A stretch of 64,000 bases of DNA from Amoebophrya sp. A120. Lineage: Eukaryota; Protista; Dinoflagellata. This document shows positions 59,901 to 64,000 of the stretch, piece after piece (position 1 is the stretch's first letter; each line of letters opens with the position of its first letter). The position numbers were made by a program, and so were the translations under genes. The DNA lies in contig CAJINV010000019.1 in the NCBI GenBank assembly GCA_905178155.1, forward strand, positions 182,965 through 246,964. Reading direction: 5' to 3'. The notes under the pieces were generated by a model. That model searched no databases. It was not told the origin of the DNA and saw nothing but the letters and a program-made list of their open reading frames with translations.

Positions 59901-62370
59901 CAAAAGTGTCTGGGTCTGGAAGATTGCAACTTGTCATGGTAAATCTGAAGCATGCAAAAATCTGTGCTGCATGAGTGCCAAAAGCTGTCCACTTTTGACC
60001 AAGTTGGAACGGAGTTTCTCATGCAGCATAGGCATGGCAGAGGCCTCGCAGAGTCTGTCATGCTAAGTCCCGCATTCCAGACCTCATGGGTCATGGAAAA
60101 TCTGCATGACAAGTCTACACTCTTCCAGACCCAGACGTTTTTACATTTCATATCCCAAGCCTTCACCTGGTCGTAGAAGGCGGTCAAAGTGCTAGTGGCG
60201 CTGAACGCCGTCACCTTCTTCACCCAAGAGTCCCGCATCTGCGCCTGGTCAAAGTACTTGCTGGTCTGCATGTAATTCTCCACGTTCGTCAAGCAGTCCT
60301 TCATGGTCTGTTGTGTGAAAGCGGTGCTGGGATTGCGAATGTAGATCGAGGCTCGGGTTCCCTGGCTGAAATAAGCGTCGCTCCAGTCGAAGTAATCCAC
60401 GACGTAACTGTCCTCCGGGAAAAACCACTCGAGCTGAAAGTCCGCTTTCTGCTTCGCCAGCCCGACGGCGGAGAGGGACATGAAAATTGTGAAGATGACG
60501 AAGGCGAAGATTTTGCCGGGGGTAGTTAAGAGCATCCGGACGTTGAAATACATATGCATTGCAAAAGTTAAGTATTGTATCGTACTAGTATAAATTGCAT
60601 GACGAATTTGGGCAAGCAGGAAAGTGGAATTTGTAATGCTGTTTCGCCCTGGGAGAAATGTTTGTCAAGCATATTTTCAATTACTAGTGCGAGTACAATA
60701 CTTTTGCACAGGATAAGTCAACAGCTTCGGCAACATCGGCTCCGACTTGCACCCCGGTACGGAATTACTGCAGAATCCCGTCGGCTTGTCGAAGGGGTGC
60801 TCGCTCTCCGCTTTGCATATCAAATGTAAAAATGGCTGGGTCTGGAAGAGTCATGCTGTTTTTGCATGACACAGAAGGTCTGGCATGGAAGCTCTAGCAT
60901 CACAGGTTTCGAAAAGCGTTCGCAATGCCGAATCCGCATGACAAAACCCCCATTTTGGTGACACAAAGTGGGCAACTTTTGCTGCCTATGCATGAGAGAT
61001 TTTTCTGTGTTCTGAAACGCGCATCACAAGTTTCAACCTTCCAGACCCAGACGCAGACATTTTTGAAATTGATATTGCAGCAGCAAAAGCAATCCAGCCG
61101 ATTGTGGCCCGCTCGTTGCGCGTTGATTGCCAAACATGGAACGAAAAAAGTCAGCTGGAACAGGAAGCAGAAGGTCACGGAGAAGGCCGCGTAGAAGCAG
61201 AAATAGCGCAGCGCGGGCACGGAGGAGGTGGCCGCGATAAAGAACGCGACGGCGTCCGTCTATGCTGTGCAAAAGTATCATAGTCCCTCGTAGTAATTGC
61301 AAACATGCATTACAAATCTTGTTCTCCAGCTAAATCCGGATTACAAATTTATTACATGCTGAGGAAATTTGTGATGCAATTATACGAATACGATACTTTT
61401 GCAATGCATACCGTCAGGGAGGTCACCAGAATCGACATGCCGCCGTACTTCACAATCTTCCCGATTTTTTCCTCCAGCGTGAAATCCGGATGGATTTTCA
61501 TGACACGGTTGTACTCGGAAACCAGTACAAACGCGTCGTCCACCCCGAGACCCAAATGTCAACTGCAAACATGTCTGGGTCTGGATGTCATGCACGTTTT
61601 GCATGAGCCGTGATGTCAGTGATGCATGCCCTCGCATCACAGATTTTTTGAGGGCTTCTTGATGCCTATTCCGCATGACAAACGCCCTCGCCTCTCCGCA
61701 TAGCAAAAATTACATTCCCTTTGCTACTCATGCAATACAGATTTTATCGTACAGCTACAGTCCAAACCTAGCATCACAAGTTCCATCTTTCTTCTAGACC
61801 CAGACATATTTGCAGTTGATACCAAAATCAGGAAGTAAATGTTGAACCGCAAAACGCAATCCTTGACGCCGAACCAGTAGGCCAGGCCCAAACCCGCACT
61901 GCAAGCCAGCATGACGGAAAGCACCGATCCCCACGACAGAGCAATCATGGAATGCACAGAGTCGCGCTTTCCGAGCATCGCCACCAGGTAAATGATGATC
62001 TATCCTGTGCAAAAGAAGTATCGTGCTCGTAGCTCGTCGAATGAAAAAGATCGCAGTGACGCGTGACAGACCTCTCTTTCTACCTGTGGTCTAGCATGAC
62101 AGTAGGTGCATAGATTGTTCTTGTCATCATGCAATTGGTACATAGTACGATACGTCTGCGAAAATGCATATGATCAAAAAGATCGCGATGCCAATCAGCA
62201 TCTGGTCGCCGCCAATCGTCCGAGAGAATTCGTCAGAAATCGACCGGCCAAAATAAGCCCGGGTTTCCAATCCTGGAAGTTTGTTCGCTTCACAGCCGGT
62301 AGCTTCGTCCTTCAGCTTGTCACGGTCCTTGTTCGCGTTGATCCCGAGGTAGCACAGCGCTTCCCGTTCC
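56949..62370 (-). CDS. Patched/NPC1-family sterol-sensing-domain (RND-type) membrane protein; 5' part lies beyond a large insertion or outside the window
   Basis: Spliced motifs LILGLGVDDAFVLV, GMSILVTSLTDAVAF, VPALRYFCFYAAFSV, FFPEDSYVVDYF, IGLSVDYSAHIGH, VLFGFINSLIILPV. 15 introners. Confidence 0.88.
57137..57478. mobile_element. Decayed B-like introner
   Basis: Ends CATCCTGTGTAAAAT../..ATTTTACACAGGATA; TSD decayed. Confidence 0.72.
57522..57750. mobile_element. Introner family A, decayed
   Basis: TATCAA../..TTGATA; flanks AAGGA/ACAAA; frame restored. Confidence 0.72.
57848..58131. mobile_element. Introner family G (TIR TAT..TGCAAATATCCCTGGA..TGTCT)
   Basis: TSD AGCGC. Confidence 0.92.
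58176..58326. mobile_element. Introner family B
   Basis: TSD TCAAC/GCAAT (2 mismatches). Confidence 0.85.
58414..58671. mobile_element. Introner family A
   Basis: TSD CGATG. Confidence 0.93.
58717..59038. mobile_element. Introner family H
   Basis: TSD CGGCT. Confidence 0.92.
59098..59249. mobile_element. Introner family B
   Basis: TSD GGAAA. Confidence 0.93.
59583..59862. mobile_element. Introner family D
   Basis: TSD CCGGA/CCAGA. Confidence 0.93.
59892..60152. mobile_element. Introner family A
   Basis: TSD TCCCA. Confidence 0.93.
60553..60715. mobile_element. Introner family B, partly decayed
   Basis: TSD ATACA/AGTCA. Confidence 0.82.
60818..61074. mobile_element. Introner family A
   Basis: TSD TTGCA. 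Confidence 0.93.
61261..61410. mobile_element. Introner family B
   Basis: TSD CCGTC. Confidence 0.92.
61557..61821. mobile_element. Introner family A (left end TGT)
   Basis: TSD CCAAA; excision restores LILGLGVDD. Confidence 0.92.
62001..62170. mobile_element. Introner family B, decayed
   Basis: TSD TGATC. Confidence 0.82.
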
Positions 62371-62499
62371 TATCCAACAAAAAAAGGCTGTAGGTGTCAC
62401 TTTGTGATGCGCAACATGCGTCATGATTGCCAATGCCACGCTCGTGGTCATGCATTCTGTTCTAGGGTCCAGCATACAAGCTATTTTTCATTTCAAGTA
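62371..62499. mobile_element. Left arm of an introner-like element, partner end not in the window
   Basis: TATCCAACAAAAAAAGG start at the exon edge, followed by a TTGTGATGC motif; right limit approximate. Confidence 0.6.
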
Positions 62500-62660
62500 C
62501 AAGTGCTAGCCTCTTGACGCGGGCGCCCCGGACGCCCGCTGGGCTAGTAGATTTAAAGATAATTCTAAAGATGGGAATGTGTTCAGAAGGTCTGGCTTGG
62601 AGTCGAATAGAATGTGGCGAGAAGGTTGAAAAGCATAGCGCTGCCTGCCGCGAGGAAGAT

Positions 62661-62950
62661 CGTTGCCGCGCCTGCGCCTGTCCTAGCGGCCTCGCAGCTT
62701 TAACGCCTTTTGCGGTCCGGCGTCCAGGACGCCGGCCCGCCGTCAGCCCTTTAGCCGCGTTGCCGCGCCTGCCTGCGCTTGCCCTAGCGGCCTCGCCGCT
62801 TTAACGCCTTTTGCGGTCCGGCGTCCAGGACACCGGCCCGCCGCCAGCCCTTTAGCCGCGTTGCCGCGCCTGCGCTTGCCCTAGCGGCCTCGCCGCTTTA
62901 ACGCCTTTTGCGGTCCGGCGTCCAGGACGCCGGCCCGCCGTCAGCCCTTT
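62661..62950. repeat. GC-rich ~97-101-bp tandem repeat x3
   Basis: Units start at about 62661, 62758 and 62859 (..CCTAGCGGCCTCGC.GCTTTAACGCCTTTTGCGGTCCGGCGTCCAGGAC..). Confidence 0.92.
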
Positions 62951-62999
62951 CAGGCAGACAGGCCCGGGCGACCTAATAACTTTAATCGGACTCTAAAAA

Positions 63000-63975
63000 G
63001 TTGCTAATTTGCAAATCCCCCGAAGCCAGAAACCATGCCCGGAGGCACAACAACAAGAAGCCTGCCAACAAGGACGAAGGAGGACGCGACGACCTGCCCT
63101 CTAACGCAATTCAGATAACAAAGCCAGACAACTACCGGAAGCCGGTTCTCGCGAACAAATACGAGCGCCCAAGCGCCCGGCCAAGGTAGCCCAAATATGT
63201 CCGCACGGAAACCAACCTCGGAGATAACCGTGCTAATTTGTCTGCTAATTTTACCCCCCCGACCCCCTCGCGGGAGTCTGCTAAACGCCACAGACGATTC
63301 CAAGAAAGCCCCTGCTAATTGGGTCTTTAATTGGGTGCTAATTTTTTTTGGTGTCTGCTAATGCGTCTGCTAATTTGTCTGCTAATTAAGCCCCCCCCGG
63401 GGCGCGAATGCGTCTGCTAATTTGTCAGCAAAGCCAAAAACCAATGCGATTTCCCTGCTGTTCACACCCTGCTCGAACAACAGGGAAATCCCATTGGATT
63501 TTCTTGCCTTGCGCAATTAGCTCCAGGTTAGCAGACCCAAAACACAACGCCCGAACCAATTCGATGACTATTAGGAGTGGGGTTAGCAGACCCCTTCCGG
63601 AAAAGGCCCAAAATTTTAGCTGACTATTAGAAATGCAAATTAGCAACTGCGTTCTGGGCACTTTTCTGAAAATTTGCGACCCGATTAGCGGACTAATTTA
63701 GCGGACTCCGGAACCCTACCCTGCCGAAGGCCGGAATTTCCGAGCCGGACCCCAGAGAGACAAACCGGCAGGCCCGTGCCACAAAATACGCGCAAGACGG
63801 GCGACATACCCACCGTCCGGAAGGCCGCCGAAAATGCGGCCAAGCCCCCAAAGCTGGAAACCCAGAGAAGAGCCGGCTGCGCGGCTGCGCTGGGCCTTGA
63901 AAACACGGAAAACCCCAAAGCCTGCCGGGGCCCGGGCGCCGGTTCAATTTAGCAAGTTTTTAGTCTGCAATTAGG
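63000..63975. repeat. Dispersed (TC)TGCTAA(TT) motif cluster: forward copies, then inverted copies
   Basis: Forward copies at ~63002-63423; TTAGCAGA/TTAGCGGA-type copies at ~63515-63955. Confidence 0.75.
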
Positions 63976-64000
63976 GCGGGACTTCGCCCGGGCCTGTCTG

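Noticed and set aside
6103-61984. Many short ORFs sharing FQTQTFLHLI, KCKNVWVWK, MSGSGR, LPDPDIF or LCKSIVLV peptides
   Set aside because: They are translations of introner TIRs in different frames, not a protein family.
1-64000. rRNA, tRNA, dinoflagellate spliced-leader sequence, or transposase/reverse transcriptase genes
   Set aside because: None recognised by eye; a covariance-model or HMM scan would be needed to exclude them formally.

Overview
Eukaryotic gene-dense DNA with all ~10 inferred protein genes on the minus strand: GCN1, two paralogous calpains, a Patched/NPC1-type sterol-sensing-domain transporter, a candidate PAN/apple membrane protein, a candidate secreted repeat protein and several hypotheticals. 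By hand count, about 74 short (~150-350 bp) non-autonomous TIR elements from at least 11 families interrupt the coding sequences. Most start TAT, end ATA and are flanked by a 5-bp target-site duplication (TSD). Wherever I checked, removing the element plus one TSD copy restores the reading frame, so they behave as non-canonical (non GT-AG) introns, i.e. introners. This matches what has been described for the parasitic dinoflagellate Amoebophrya (taxon is inferred, not verified). Beyond that picture: (i) families with unrelated TIRs share a multi-copy internal 9-mer GCATNACAR; (ii) the window shows an apparent life cycle from young copies through TIR-hybrid and decayed copies to a canonical GT-AG intron; (iii) three other mobile elements are nested inside introners; (iv) the calpain paralogs gained their introns independently; (v) one calpain ends in a CVIM CAAX box. 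I found no transposase ORF. Coordinates were read by eye, exon structures are inferred without RNA data, and family letters A-K are my own labels.
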